Shown piece after piece: positions 10,097 through 25,000 of a DNA stretch of 64,000 nucleotides (position 1 is the first letter of the stretch; each line of letters begins with the position of its first letter). The notes under the pieces are model-generated. The model did no database searches and was not told where the DNA came from. It saw only the letters and a list, made by a program, of their open reading frames with translations. The stretch is from Phoronis australis (lineage: Eukaryota; Animalia; Phoronida). The stretch spans positions 310,001 to 374,000 of the forward strand of contig NMRA01000210.1 of assembly GCA_002633005.1 (NCBI GenBank), in the 5' to 3' direction. The position numbers and the translations under genes are program-made.

Positions 10097-13000
10097 ATGA
10101 TGAGTTCCGATGTCCTCCTCTTACTTGGAAAATTACTTGACAATAAGTCTGTCTTCACTCGAGGTTTGTTCAAATATATCAAATGTAGAATTGAAGTTCT
10201 TTTCACTTTGTTATTATTACTTTTAGTTATGGTAGTGATTGTGATAGCATTAAATACTATTAGATTTATTATATTTTTATTTATTACTTTTAGTAATGGT
10301 AATGATTGCGATAGTATCAAATACTATTAGATTCTTAAAACTGAAGATATAAGTTTCCATTCTGCGTGGAGAGTGTGTTGTGTAGCTTGAACAATTTGTG
10401 GCGTCACATTTTGTGTTGCAGTCCTGTAGCTTCCACTCTTATCGTGCACCTTCATTATTTCACTATTCCAGGTACAAGTCCCGGCAACTTAACGGATGTT
10501 TTATCTAGTAAAGTTGAAGAACATCTCAGCAGCCTTAGCACCTCTGAAAGTCATGCATGGGTAAAACAAGAACTTTTGACATACACTGACATTTCTGGCA
10601 CTTGTGAGGCAGTGTGGAAGTATGTCTTGTGTTGCCTCAATTGTCTGAAGTGTCTCTGTAAATGTCTGATCGATTGCCAGGCAGATCAACAATGTACAAG
10701 TATCAAGCAGGGCTGTTCACAGTACGATGTTCCTCCCCTACCCCCGGATTCCTTGAGCGTGGCTGAACAACAGACTGTACAATCAGCACTGCAGTTTGTT
10801 GTTGGTTTATCAATAAGTCCCTACTTACTACCCGGCGTAGGAGTACCTCTGGACAAGAGGTCTGATTATGGACATCTACTCCATGAGATAAGCCAGCCTG
10901 CGGATGAACATGTCAAGAGCCAGCGTTTGTTTCTTAGTGTCAAGACATTGTACGAGTGTAGTAAAACTCCTTCGCTGGCGAGTATTCTTTTCTCAAAACA
11001 TTTGAGTGACATTCTTGCCAGCCTGCTGCAATTGGTGTATACTGTGAGATGCGGTAACTTTCCTTCAGAAGTCAGTGCTGTAGGCACATTGTCTCGCAAA
11101 CATGTTGTGTACTGTGCTGATGCCATCAATGACTTAGTGGAGAGAGCATATCCAGCGTTACTGATGAGGGAGCTGCTTGTATTACAGGGTGGTGGACCAC
11201 CAACAGAGGCTTCCAGGGTATGCATGTCAAAACAACTGCTGTTCCCCCTATAGGTGCACTGAGCTGCGAGTAGTCAAAAGAGGAAGTTGCACCAATCCAT
11301 TCACCTACACTCTCTTGTTATGCATAGTAATGTAAAATGACCAAAATTTTATCAGTCAGTCCTGCCTACTGAAGTCTCAGTGCTGGTAATTCCATCTAAT
11401 GTTTCTTCACTGGACCAAGCTGTTTTCCATTAGATTGCATTGTTCTGCAGTGTGGTGTATTAACGTGAGTTTCAACTTAAGGCAAAATCTCACCAATTTA
11501 GGACACAATGTGTGTCTCATTTTTCCATAAAGGATACACAATACCGAACGATGCTTTGCTATATCCAAGTGCTGCACCGTGCCTGTCAATAACGTTAGAA
11601 GCGCTCAAAAAATGAAAAAAGTGCAATTTTGGCAATTATTTTTATCCTTAATTGGTTAGATTTTACCAAATTGAGTTCATTTTAAGCAGCACTGATTTGT
11701 CAGTTCTTCTGTGGCCTAGGAATTACAACTTCTTATCAGAGTAATAAACAAAGAGGGATAAATTTTGGAGCATTAAGTAGTCATTGGATTTAAAATTCAA
11801 AATGTTAGTGCAACTGCAGAAATTGCCTTTTCGCATTACGTCCATGTTCTGATTCACCCCCTTGCATATATTCAATGTATCCATGCACTTTAATTTGTTT
11901 TTAAAATTATTTTTGAATATTATATAGCTACAAAAAATGTGTCTTCAACAACCAGCATAATTTTATCGGGTGGGATCATCTCATCTTCTGAAGGTTATCT
12001 TCACTGTTACCATTGCAGACCCTAAGACACCCTAGTTCTCCTGTTGGTCTGCAGAGGTCACCAGTGTGGTTGAGGAAGACTACAGCTGTGTTACTGTCAC
12101 AGCAACTCATGAAGCCTGATGGTGTCATGAACCTTGTTACTGCCATGATCCAGGGGCCAGGTATGTTGAACATCTTGATCAATATTTTGGCTATTATTCA
12201 AAACTATTTGTGGTCTCTAAGATGGCAATAACTGTTTGACACGTGCCAACAGGACAGTGCACTTGAGCAGAGATGAAAGTAGTTCTTTAAGGTTGGATCG
12301 CTGTAAGAACAAAATTATCTTACAAGGTCTGTCTGCCACCCCACCCCCCTACCACCTCCAACCCCAGCCCCAGATTGTGTTTGGTGACCTGGGAAAAACT
12401 CCAAGTTGCTACGAGGTCGCCACTGCAAGTATCCAATCCAACACCACCTGTTGGTCACGTCACGTGACCTAATGAACATAAGTGTGAAAAGATTTCTGCC
12501 CCGACCGGGACTTGAACCTGTAACCTGCTTCTGTCCACTGAGCCATCGGGGCCACTGGTAGAACACAGAAATCCAATCAGACTTGACAAGGGGCATCCCG
12601 CCTCTAGGTCATGTGATGAAGCCACAGGTGGTGTGCGAACCAGACTTAAAAATATTCACGATGTATATTTCCAGCTGGTTCAAGATTTACATAATTATTT
12701 ATATACACTTCATGCGTAGTAGTTTATTTGTACGTATATCTTTTCCAGAGCAGTCCCATGATGACAAGGTGTGTGAGGCCATAGCAAAGGTGATAGCACA
12801 TTGCCCCAAACAGTCGTCCAGTGTTGATGAGTACTATGCTATAGTTTGCCCCCAGGTATGATCCAATTCCACCAGTCAGCTAGCTGTAAAAGACTGGACA
12901 TTGGAATAATTATGTTTTGGAATGTTGGCCAAGTTTTTGGTGTCTACTGATGTTTACGGTCTAGCAGAGGCCTTCCATAGGTTATGTTGACTGTTTGAAA

Positions 13001-16000
13001 GATGCTCAGATTTTAGGTTGCGTACTAATGCTTCAGTTTTGCATTTCTACTGTGTTATGAAATGCATCGTTTGCCCACGTCATGAAACAGCATCTTCACA
13101 TTTAGTGTCCTAATTCCAAGAGACTGTCTCAACCTTTCAAAGAACCAGTGCCATAGCAGCTTCCTGATTGACAGGACCCTACCAACTAGCCCATAACTAC
13201 CTTTTCTATTATAGATGCTTGAATGCAATGAGCAATTCAGAATTCAAATTCTGTTAAGAAAATGCTATGCCCAAGATTCCCTCAAGATTGAAAAAATGTG
13301 ACCTTCATATAAAATACGAGGACCAGCATCTGCAAAAATGAAGAAATGCATATTTTTGCAAAATATGACTACTTTTGTTAGTGGTTGCAAGCGCTCTCAA
13401 CCAAGTACATATATTTAAGATCTAAGTGCAATTAACAGGGATCAAAGGCTGTTGTTTTGGTTACTGAACAGAGTACACTGGGAGGAGGTTCGTCACATGT
13501 CCACAGGTCACGTGTGGACTTTGCACTTGAAACCTATTACATGAAATCATGCAATTGTTACAAAATTACACTGAAATTTGAACACTGGATTATTTATCAT
13601 ATACACCTGCACGGACACCTTTGTAAGTTATGTTTTCAGTGTGGCGATTCATCTATTACCCTCCAGTGCATTCCATAATTGTTGTCCTTTGTGAGCTGTG
13701 TTTTTATATGGTGAATGGTCTGTTGCCCTTAAACATGTGAAGTCCATAATTGTTGAGTGATGTATTTACTCTGCTATGTTACAGGTATTGTACCTGTTGC
13801 AGTCTGACGATGGCCAGCCATCGCCAAGGTTCCTACGTGTTGCCAGTAGCTGTATTCTGACCATGCTGCACTTAAACACTGCTGCAGCAGACCGATTCAT
13901 CTTTGGCCCAATGCTTTCACCTCTCGTCAGATGTTCTCAGGTCACAGGTAGTCTATCATGATCACAGTTTTATGTCAGCTTTGTTGCAATGTTGCCATTG
14001 GATTGGTAAAGTGATGTCATGCTGGGGAAATTGATAAAAATGATTCTAAGTGAAATCTCACTAACTGCGTACTGTAGAGAAAAGTCACTGACCCGAATTT
14101 GCCTTAATTAATTTTAATGAGGTCTAGTAAGGTTGTTGTGAATGCAAACTAACACAGTGATTCATAATATTGTCTGATGGTAAGCGTACTACTGTAACAG
14201 AGCTTGAACATGGAAGAGCATTGATTTGGTTCTACATAGCTTTTACAAAAAATGAGAAATTCACTTGTCTGTGATGAGATTTTAATCACACATGAACTTA
14301 TAAATAACTCTTTCATGCTGGGGGAATCTAATCACGTGTCAAATTCAGCTCAAGGGGCGCACAAACTTCTACTTGAAATTAAACTTAAAGAAACAGCCAC
14401 TTAATTTGCAGTTTGTGCAAGTGGCCATTTGTTGACAATTTCACTCAGTATTACTCACGTCCCATGTGTGACATGATAAGGAGCATAAGGTCTGAGAGCA
14501 ACATGGCTTGCTTCAGTCCGTAGCTATGTGAAAGCCAGTTTAAAACTAATGATGGGTGATATTTAGATGGCGATGTGTTCATGATAACTTCATTAAATCT
14601 TTATTCAGCAATTGCGAAATAAGTCTAAATTTCTGTCTTAAGTCACTTTTCATGAAACAGATCCCAGCACAAACTATATCAGTAGCACTTGTTGTTGGGC
14701 TTTGTTTAGCTACCTGCATAATGCCATATCTTACCATTATTGATGTGGTCGCGAAAATCGTTAGAGCCACATGGATGAACGCGAACATGAGTTGAGTTGA
14801 AAAACTTTATTTCGTTCGTAAACTTGTAGTGGCTCGGTTCAACTGTAACGTACAAAAAACATTCTATGAGACAGTTGAACAATGAGTTGGTTGTTTACAA
14901 AGTTACAATACTAATATTTAACATTGCATATATACTTATTCAAACAACGTCAAAGAGGCAATGGAAATTAAAAGTACGACAGAATATGCGTTACAATTAC
15001 TTTGAAGTTTGGCCTATGTAACAAAACTAGGTACAATAGACTTACACCAATTTGCGGCATAAATCACGACGAAACTGGAATATACTAAACTCATCGGTAA
15101 GGACATTGAAATACGAATGAGCCAAATTGGCGCGTTCCAGCTATAAACCATGGTCTGCCAAACAGTCTTACGTATGCAAAACTCTATTGAAGAATTAGTC
15201 ACGTGGAAAATAGATGCAGNCTTGAATGCAATGGGCAATTCAGAATTCAAATTCTGTTAAGAAAATTCTATGCCCAAGACTCCCTCAAGATTGGAAAAAT
15301 GTGACCATCATGTAAAATATGAGGACCAGCATCTGCGAAAAATGAAGAAATGCATATTTTTTTCAAAATATGACTACTTTTGTTAGTGGTTGCAAGCTCT
15401 CTCAACCAAGTACATATATTTAAGATCTAAGTGCAATTAACAGGGATCAAGGGCTGTTGTTTTGGTTACTAAATAAAGTACACTGGGAGGAGGTTCGTCA
15501 CCTGTCCACAGGTCACGTGTGGACTTTGCACTTGAAACCCATCATATGAAATCATGCAATTGTCACAAAATTACACTGAAATTTGAACACTGGATTATAT
15601 ATCATATACACCTGCATGGACACCTTTGTAAGTTATGTTTTCAGTGTGGCGATTCATCTATTACCGTCCAGTGCATTCCATAGTTGTTGTCCTTTGTGAG
15701 CTGTGTTTTTATATGGTGAATGGTCTGTTACCCTTAAACATGTGAAGTCCATAATTGTTGAGTGATGTATTTACTCTGCTATGTTACAGGTATTGTGCCT
15801 GTTGCAGTCTGACGATGGCCAGCCATCGCCAAGGTTCCTGCGTGTTGCCAGTAGCTGTATTCTGACCATGCTGCACTTAAACACTGCTGCAGCAGACCGA
15901 TTCATCTTTGGCCCAATGCTTTCACCTCTCGTCAGGTGTTCTCAGGTCACAGGTAATCTGTCATGATCACAGTTTTATGTCAGCTTTGTTGCAATGTTGT

Positions 16001-19000
16001 CATTGAATTGGTAAAGTGATGTCACGTTGGGGAAATTGATAAAAATGATTCTACGTGAAGTCTCATTAACTGCGTACTGTAGAGAAAAATCACTGACCCG
16101 AAATTGCCTTAATTAATTTTAATGAGGTCTAGGAAGGTTGTTGTGAATGCACACTAACACAGCAATCCATAATATTGTCTGATGGTAAGCGTAGTACAGA
16201 GCTTGAACATGGAAGAGCATTGATTTGGTTCTACATAGCTTTTACAAAAAATGAGAAATTCCCTTGTCTTTGATGAGATTTTAATCACACATGAACTTAT
16301 AAATAACTCTTTCATGCTGGGGGAATCTAATCACGTGTCAAATTCAGCTCAAGGGGCGCACAAACTTCTACTTGAAATTAAACTTAAAGAAACAGCCACT
16401 TAATTTGCAGTTTGTGCAAGTGGCCATTTGTTGACAATTTCACTCAGTATTACTCACGTCCCATGTGTGACATGATAAGGAACATAAGGTCTGAGAGCAA
16501 CATGGCTTGCTTCAGTCCGTAGCTATGTGAAAGCCAGTTTAAAACTAATGATAGGTTCGTTTCATGAAAGTGACTTAAGATGAAAATTTGGTTTATGCTC
16601 CACTCAACTATTTCGGAAAAATAATTAAATTTCATTTGTGCAGAAATGCAAAGTCTGAGAATACACACACCACAGCCAGGTACTGGGATAACTTCTACAA
16701 ATTATATTTAGATGGCGATGTGTTCATGATATCTTCATTAAATCTTTATTCAGCAATTGCGAAATAAGTCTAAATTTCTGTCTTAAGTCACTTTTCATGA
16801 AACAGATCCCAGCACAAACTATATCAGTAGCACTTGTTGTTGGGCTTTGTTTAGCTACCTGCATAATGCCATATCTTACCATTATTGATGTGGTCGCGAA
16901 AATCGTTAGAGCCACATGGATGAACGCGAACATGAGTTGAGTTGAAAAACTTTATTTCGTTCGTAAACTTGTAGTGGCTCGGTTCAACTGTAACGTACAA
17001 AAAACATTCTATGAGACAGTTGAACAATGAGTTGGTTGTTTACAAAGTTACAATACTAATATTTAACATTGCATATATACTTATTCAAACAACGTCAAAG
17101 AGGCAATGGAAATTAAAAGTACGACAGAATATGCGTTACAATTACTTTGAAGTTTGGCCTATGTAACAAAACTAGGTACAATAGACTTACACCAATTTGC
17201 GGCATAAATCACGACGAAACTGGAATATACTAAACTCATCGGTAAGGACATTGAAATACGAATGAGCCAAATTGGCGCGTTCCAGCTATAAACCATGGTC
17301 TGCCAAACAGTCTTACGTATGCAAAACTCTATTGAAGAATTAGTCACGTGGAAAATAGATGCAGTAGAAGCTGCATAGCAAACACATAAACCACCAACAG
17401 ATGGCGAATAAAGTCAAACTCTAACACAGAGTGCGTCGGCTCTCACAATTGTTGATGAACTTCTATAGCATCTGTCACTGTTGTTTGTGTTTCTCTTAGG
17501 CCCATCTGATGAAGAGGTGGTGATAATTGACGAGAAAGAACTCGGCACTTGTATAGAGACTATACACAAGGTGTGGTTATATATTTTTATGTGATAGAAT
17601 TTAACTGAAAGCCTTCTGCATCTAGTTTATTATCAAGGGTTACAATTCTTCGTCTGTTTTTAAGTACGAGATATAGGTAATTTGGCACAGCCTTGTATTA
17701 CACACATTTTGTTTCAATTCAGTGCCACTGTAACTTCCCTTCTTGAAGCCTTTTGCAGGCTTCTTGTTGAATCTGTTGGTGCATTCTACCAGAAAATAGG
17801 CTGAAGTTTCATCAATTTCCAGGAAAAATCATTATTTTCACTTGACCATTAACGCCAGCACATCATTATTGTGTGCATGGCACCTTTCTGTGACGATCAA
17901 AGATTTGAAATGCGGTTAAATTTGTTGACAATTAGCATTTTTTTTTCAAGGTAATTGAAGAACTTGTCCCTTGGTTATTAAAGGTGTTGGGTTATCATAA
18001 CTGATGTCAGTTACGAGGTTGTTTGCTTCAAACCCTTAACAACTTGTGAATTGGCCATCAGTTATGTTGTTATCTTTAACATATGCCAGACTGTATGTGA
18101 GTATCACAGTAATTAACTGGTGTCATGTTATAACCATTGTTATTGTATGATTTGGAAAGAGTTATAAACCAATGTAGTGGAGTCAATAAGTCGCAATATT
18201 GACCACTACTATGGCAACACCATTTCAATTTTTTAAGAATTTTTTCTTGAAGTTGCAATTACTTCATCGAGATTCGATCTTGGTCTCTTGTCGATTGGTT
18301 TGCATTAAAACGACTATTCCATGAATCTAAAACATGATTATAGCTTTCCCAAAATTTTGTTTATTGTTCCTTTGTCCATTCCGACCTTCTTCTGGAAGTT
18401 TTTTTTTCAAAATCTCTCCTCAGTGTTTTGAGTAAAATCTGGCAGCTAAGTGACCAACATGTGATTTGACATTTGATCTAATGCCCAAACGTAGCCTCCT
18501 TCCATGAATTGCCTTATCCCAAGCTCTGCCCCCTTGCGTAATGTCGACTAACAAACAATAAATTTTACTCAGCAATATGTATTTTGTTGGGTAAAATGGC
18601 TGCTTGGAAACAAAGGTGTGTCAATAATACTGCATTCTGGTCAGTTAAGCCGTCACTCAAAATCCTGGCGATAGGTCAATTACTGAGCGGATCTAATCAT
18701 ATAATAAAATAAAATAATTATTGGTTTTCACATTTGGTCAGTATGTTGGTTTTCAGACCTCAAACATATGATAATAAACTCGGCTCTGCCTTAGCCGTAA
18801 TCACATTTTTTGGAATCTGAAAACCAACACATTTACCTCGATGAAAGTCAATGATTTTATTTTATAAGATGTTATTTATGTCCCACCTCATTATTTCCAG
18901 ATGTTCGTGTTTAGTGGTGAACCGAGTAGCGTTCTCGTTACGAGATTGGATCCTGTATTATCCACGTTATTCAACGTTTATATGTTTTGTAAAACAGGAG

Positions 19001-22000
19001 TATCGCATTTGAGGTAGGTTAGGTTTTTGTCTCTTAACTGTTTGAAACCTTGTAATGGAAATTTAAGTACGATTATTCTTTGGATATCTAGATGAATTAT
19101 GTTTCCACCATTCAGATGTTGTGTGCAAAAGGTTTGGATTCTTTGTTTATTTTGCTACAATATTTGACAGTGCTGTATACCGACATTCAGGCAAATAGCA
19201 GGGAAACTAATCCAGTTATTTCTAATTGTGGATTTATCTGCTCTCAAGGTCTTGAGTTATTTTAAGAGAGGTGGACAGAAAACTATGACATTTAGTGTGA
19301 ATCACCAGTGACACACCACTGACTATTGCCTTGTCAAATGCCCTCCTAATGATGTCCTGTAGGACACATACTGCAATCCTGAATTATTAAGGGAAAAGTA
19401 CATATTTTGTATCGACTTTTGTTGATTGTCTCTCACCACACTCTTTTTATCACTGTTTAGACAATTGTCAGTGGACATCCTACAGCGATACTTTCAACTC
19501 ACAGACTTACCCCAGTCAGTACACAGCCTTCAGGCATTATCCAGGCCTCCTCGTCAGCACATTGCGTTCAAATCGGCCAGTGGCGGTGGTGTTCAGGTGG
19601 TGACCAGTAATGCACAGAGGTAAGCATCTGGTCCGTGTGTGCTCTGAGCAAGTGGTGACCAGTAATGCACAGAGGTGAACATCTGGTCCATGTGTGCTCT
19701 GAGCAAGTGATATTTTGCAGTACACACCAAGAATAACCTGTCGTGATTTGTCTTATTGATGGCAATCATTCTGTGTTCATTTTCCCTTTCTTTCCTGGTG
19801 GTGAAACTACTATGACGGTGTGTTGAGANTTTACGAGAGGTGGACAGAAAACTATGACGTAGATATGATGGTGTAGAAAACTATGACATTTAGTGTGAAG
19901 CACCAGTGACACACCACTGACTATTGCCGGGTCAAATGCCCTCCTAATGATGTCCTGTAGGACACATAATGTAATTCTGAATTATTAAAGAAAAGTACAT
20001 ATTTTGTATCGACTTTTGTTGATTGTCTCTCACCACACTCTTTTTATCACTGTTTAGACAATTGTCAGTGGACATCCTACAGCGATACTTTCAACTCACA
20101 GACTTACTCCAGTCAGTACACAGCCTTCAGGCATTATCCAGGCCTCCTCGTCAGCACATTGCGTTCAAATCGGCCAGTAGCGGTGGTGTTCAGGTGGTGA
20201 CCAGTAATGCACAGAGGTAAGCATCTGGTCCGTGTGTGCTCTGAGCAAGTGGTGACCAGTAATGCACAGAGGTGAACATCTGGTCCATGTGTGCTCTGAG
20301 CAAGTGATATTTTGCAGTACACACCAAGAATAACCTGTCGTGATTTGTCTTATTGGTGGCAATCATTCTGTGTTCATTTTCCCTTTCTTTCCTGGTGGTG
20401 AAACTACTATGACGGTGTGTTGAGATTGCACTCTGCTGTCATGAAGAGAAATCTCTGATCATGTTGCCTGATTGTGTTTACCATGAATTATAAGCAGACT
20501 TCATAGTTACATGAATGGAATTTTCAGAAAGTCACGTGACCGCATCTTCAATGTATTCAGACTATTTTAACGGTTGGATGAGTTACCATTTGCAAGTAAG
20601 GACCTGTTCGCCGAAAAAGTTAAATGAAGCATTCCAAGGCAGACGGTGCATGTTCATTGAATGTGTGATACAAGGCTTATACATGAATGTGTGATATGAG
20701 CTCATGAATGTTAACATGAATGTCAAGCCCACCTGGGTATAAGCCCACATGAGTATAAGACCAACGCTTTGTCCTCCAGATACAAACCCATGGGAGTGCT
20801 CTTGGTGTGTATTTGAACAGCTGTCTGAGAGAGACTCTTCTTCATTTTTGTTAACAAGTCAGTAACCTGCTTTGACGAATTATAACACCAGCCAAATTAG
20901 ACAAATGTCTTGCAACAGTTGGTATTCTTTTAACAAAACGTTCAAATTTTCAAGATTAACAAAGTTTATAAAGATTTGTTAGAGCTCTATTGGTGAGTGG
21001 AAATGGCAAACTTCAAAAGTAAGATCGAGTAAGATTGGATTGTTTAATTGAGTAAAAAATAACATGTGTGAGTTCCTTTCCAACCACAGCGTAACCAAAC
21101 GAGAAGCGTTATCTTGCCTTATTTCACTACTCGTATGCTGTGAGGATTACAAAACTAAGGCAATACATGTGGCAGTCGCCTTTGTGAACTGTGATGCCTC
21201 AAGATACTAGCCATATTACCTAAACTGCACTGGTTTAAAATTAAAGTAAATTTCAGAATTTCTTTAATATAGCCTCAACACACCTGTGCTTCTGTTTCAG
21301 TGAGTTGTCTTGGCCGGTGATAGATGAACGTTGCAGGTGTGTTGTTGAGCTGCTCGTTCAGGTGAGGCGGGACCAGTTGGCACAGGAGCTGTTCTTGTCT
21401 GTACTTCAGGTAACTAAGCTGTTACAGGTTTGGTTGAGCTGAGTCACCAGGGTTTATTAAGGCCCCATTGTGCACCACCTTAATCTTGGTTTATTTTTCT
21501 TAATTCTAGTTAGTGAAGTTTTCAGCGATAAAGTCATGGACCCCCTGGAGTTCATTGAGTGCTTCAGTTGGCAGATTCATTGCCGCTAACTTGGTTTATT
21601 CCAGTTTGAAATTTCCAGTAACGATCTGACCTAATGAGCACTTGGTGGTACATAAAGAGCAACAACAATCACACAATGTTTCGAATTTAGTTGTCAATGA
21701 AGGAATACTGATTACATTTTTGCTTTATTTTAAGATAAAGCGTCAAAAGTTTTCCCTGTTAAAGTTAAATAATTTCTGTTTTGAGAGAGTTAACAACCTG
21801 TAAATGACTGCTTAACCCATCAGCAACAAAACAAACTTTATTTGTTTATCACCATGCTCTCCATTTTAGACAATCATGTTCTTGACTCAGATAAGTAAGT
21901 CAAAATCTTGACTCAGATAAGTAAGTCGGAATCTTGACTCGTATAAGTAAGTCAAAATCTTTACTCATACCAAGATACAGTGTGAAACTAGAATTTAAAA

Positions 22001-25000
22001 GAATACAAAATCCAAAGTAGTTTGGTATAAATGACCATCACAATGTAAAGTGTTTGACTCATTCAAATTTTGCAAAGAAAGTTCTCAGTAGGGACAAATA
22101 ATTAATTTTGAAATAAAATTCTACATATTTTATCTTTCTTAAGATGGCATTTGCGTTTCCATGGTATTTTCTCTAAAGCTGTAACTTGTCCCAGGATTAC
22201 ATGGTGTTTTTAAAATGATCAAATCAATGATCACGTTTTGATGTTCTTGCTCAAGGGTGCAGTTGGTGTTTTGGTCTTAGTTTAGTTTGTCAGCAGTCCT
22301 CTTGTACACAAATTTTGTTAAAGCTGTGTTTTGCCTTGTTTGTATAGTCAATAAGCGAAAATCGATTTAGGACATTGCAGGCAGTATTTTATTAATAATC
22401 AAATAAGTAAACATGGTTGGCATAACTGTTGTTTGCTGGTGGCTGTTTTAGGAAGAAAACATAATGATTGACTAGATGAACAGAGAATGATCACCGGGTC
22501 TTCTGAATGAACCATGACAGTCAAACCAACTTTGTTGCCTTTCCTAATCAATTCTCGTTGTATTCATCTCCAGGACCTTACCAAAGTAATAACTACAGAC
22601 AACAGTGAACCATCAATAAACCTCTCAGACTCTAGTGCACTGCTGGATGTAGAACGACGTCAGACGGAACAGCTTAGCGCCCTCCAGTGGAGACTGAGTG
22701 TACTAAGCCTGCTGTCCTGCCTTATTGACATGTTGGGCCCTGACTGCTTCACTGACAATGCTCACATTCTCGCCTTCATAAAGGTACGTGCTCACTTTAC
22801 TCATCTCCCCTGTGGCTGTCATGTACAATTAACGTGTACACTCTTGTTTGGAATCATGATAATGATCGGGATGATGATGATGATGATTGTGGTGGTCGTG
22901 ATGGTTAGGATAAAGGTGTAAATGTTGCCAGGTGATAGGTACGGTGAAGTTCTCCATAAACAAGCTTGGCTGAATTTATTATGTGTGTTATACTAGGAAA
23001 TGTTTTTTGAAATTACAACTATGATACTTATCTAAGGAAAATTAAGCATGGTTGAACCCTAAAACTTCCCCCAGTTCCACAGGAAGTGATCTTCAGCCCA
23101 ATAACCTTTTCAATCACAAACCCTTCCCTCATACAGCAAAATTTCCCGTTGTGATATTTTGGTGTGTGACATTCCGTGGTCCATTTTGAGCACCAACTAT
23201 GACATTAATATGCCCAAGCCATGCCCAAGCCATGCCCAAGCCATGCCTAAGCATATATTTGACACTGCCAAATGATTTGACTTGTCAGGATATTGCCATC
23301 TTCCAATCGTGCATCTCGGACTTCTTTGCGGAAAAGATTGTTAATTGGTATTTCAGTAGCTATGTGATTGGGAGAGGTTTTCCAGTTAGCCATAATTTTT
23401 TAATGTGCCCTAACCATTCATGAAAACCTTGATACTTTGTTGCAGGTGACACTAGAGAGAGGTGTAGTGATGTCAGCTGCACCTGGCGATGACATTTTGT
23501 TTGAGAACGAGACCCTCAGCATGGCCTTGGGCCTTCTGACCGTGTTAATCAGTGGTGTCATCGAGGTATGACTTGAATTTCGTGGTAACTTCATCACAAG
23601 TTGTTATGATTTTTAGCACAGTCCGTTGCACTCATTCCCAGCTTTGCACATCTGAACCAAGATGAGCTAATCAGTGTTCTGTTTGCTCATGTGTTTCTTT
23701 GAAAGGTAGGGTCTTACATGGCTTTTAAGGCATTTTACATTACTAAGAAGCAAATGAACTAGACCTTCCTAGTGTCTCAAGTTGGGACTCTTTTCTTTTT
23801 CAAATATAAAATTTCAAGTCCAAAATGTGCACTATCTCACTTTCAGTTGTCTGCAGAGGACAGGCAGAATACGAAACTTCTACTACCGCTTTTGGAATCC
23901 TTGGTGGAAAAACATAGTGACGAGTCTGTCCAACAGGTGGCAGCAGATTTGCATGCTGCTATAGCCACTCACGGTGTTGTGTGGTCAGAAAAATTGGCTA
24001 AGTCTACTCCGTCAGGTAGGCAAGGTGGTCCAGACAATTTGACGAAAAGGGGGATACAAGCTGCTGCAGAGAGGGCATATGGGAGTGAAGGTATAGGGGG
24101 CGCTGGTGTCTGTTCAAGGTGTGATAATGAGAGTGCTGGCCAGAATTCAAAGGAAGAAGTGTCCAAGGTGACTCAGCAAAGCAAATCGGAGAGAGGTCAT
24201 TCCATCAGCGGGGCTCAGTCTCCATATGCACAATGTATGTGTGAAATCAAAAATGTGCTTATACCCGTGCAAGGACATGGCTTAATTGCTCTACGCAAAT
24301 TAATTGAATCTAAAGACGAGGAGACAATGAAGCATGTTGACGATGTCATGTCGGTTCTCATCGAGTCAGTGCGACATACAGACTCCTACGTGTACCTGGC
24401 TGGGGTACAGGCCTTGGCCTCCCTTGCTGGTGCAGTACCTGAAAAGGTCATCTCTGTTATTGCTGGACAATTCCAGTCTGGAGGTGCAGGTATGGAGGAG
24501 ATGGCCAAAGGTGAAGTGAGATTGAAGATGGGAGAAGTACTTGTCAAGGCTACCAGGGCATTAGGTAGGTGGTGGTGGTGGTGCTGGTGCTGGTGCTGGT
24601 GGTGGTAGTGGTAACAATGCTATGTGCAGGAGGTGTAGTGGTAGTGATTGGTGGCCGGTGGTGGTGGATTCGGTGTGGGAGTGATGGTGGGTGCGTCAGT
24701 TGGGAATAATTTTGTAAAAAAATCGTACATACGGGTCAGTTGACCCAAATACACTCTAATCTCTGAGTTTAGAAGAACCAGAGATTCCTCATGCACTGGG
24801 TTAAGTTGGGACAAGCGCTTCAGTCACATGTTGTTAAATATTGATCTTCAACAACAACACTGCATAGGATTCCTCTTGTAACCAGGTTCTGTATTTCCAG
24901 CAAGATTACATAATGTCACCTAAGGCCACACCTACATAAATATGCATGTTCATACAAAAAAGTTAGATAAAATCAGAGAATTTTCTACTCTTGGCATCTA

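Noticed and set aside
12497-12553. tRNA gene
   Set aside because: A and B boxes are present, but the spacing is too short for an anticodon arm and no full cloverleaf forms; treated as a SINE head.
24565-24608. Trp/Cys-rich peptide tail WWWWCWCWCWWW
   Set aside because: Read-through past the exon 12 donor into a (GGT)n microsatellite.
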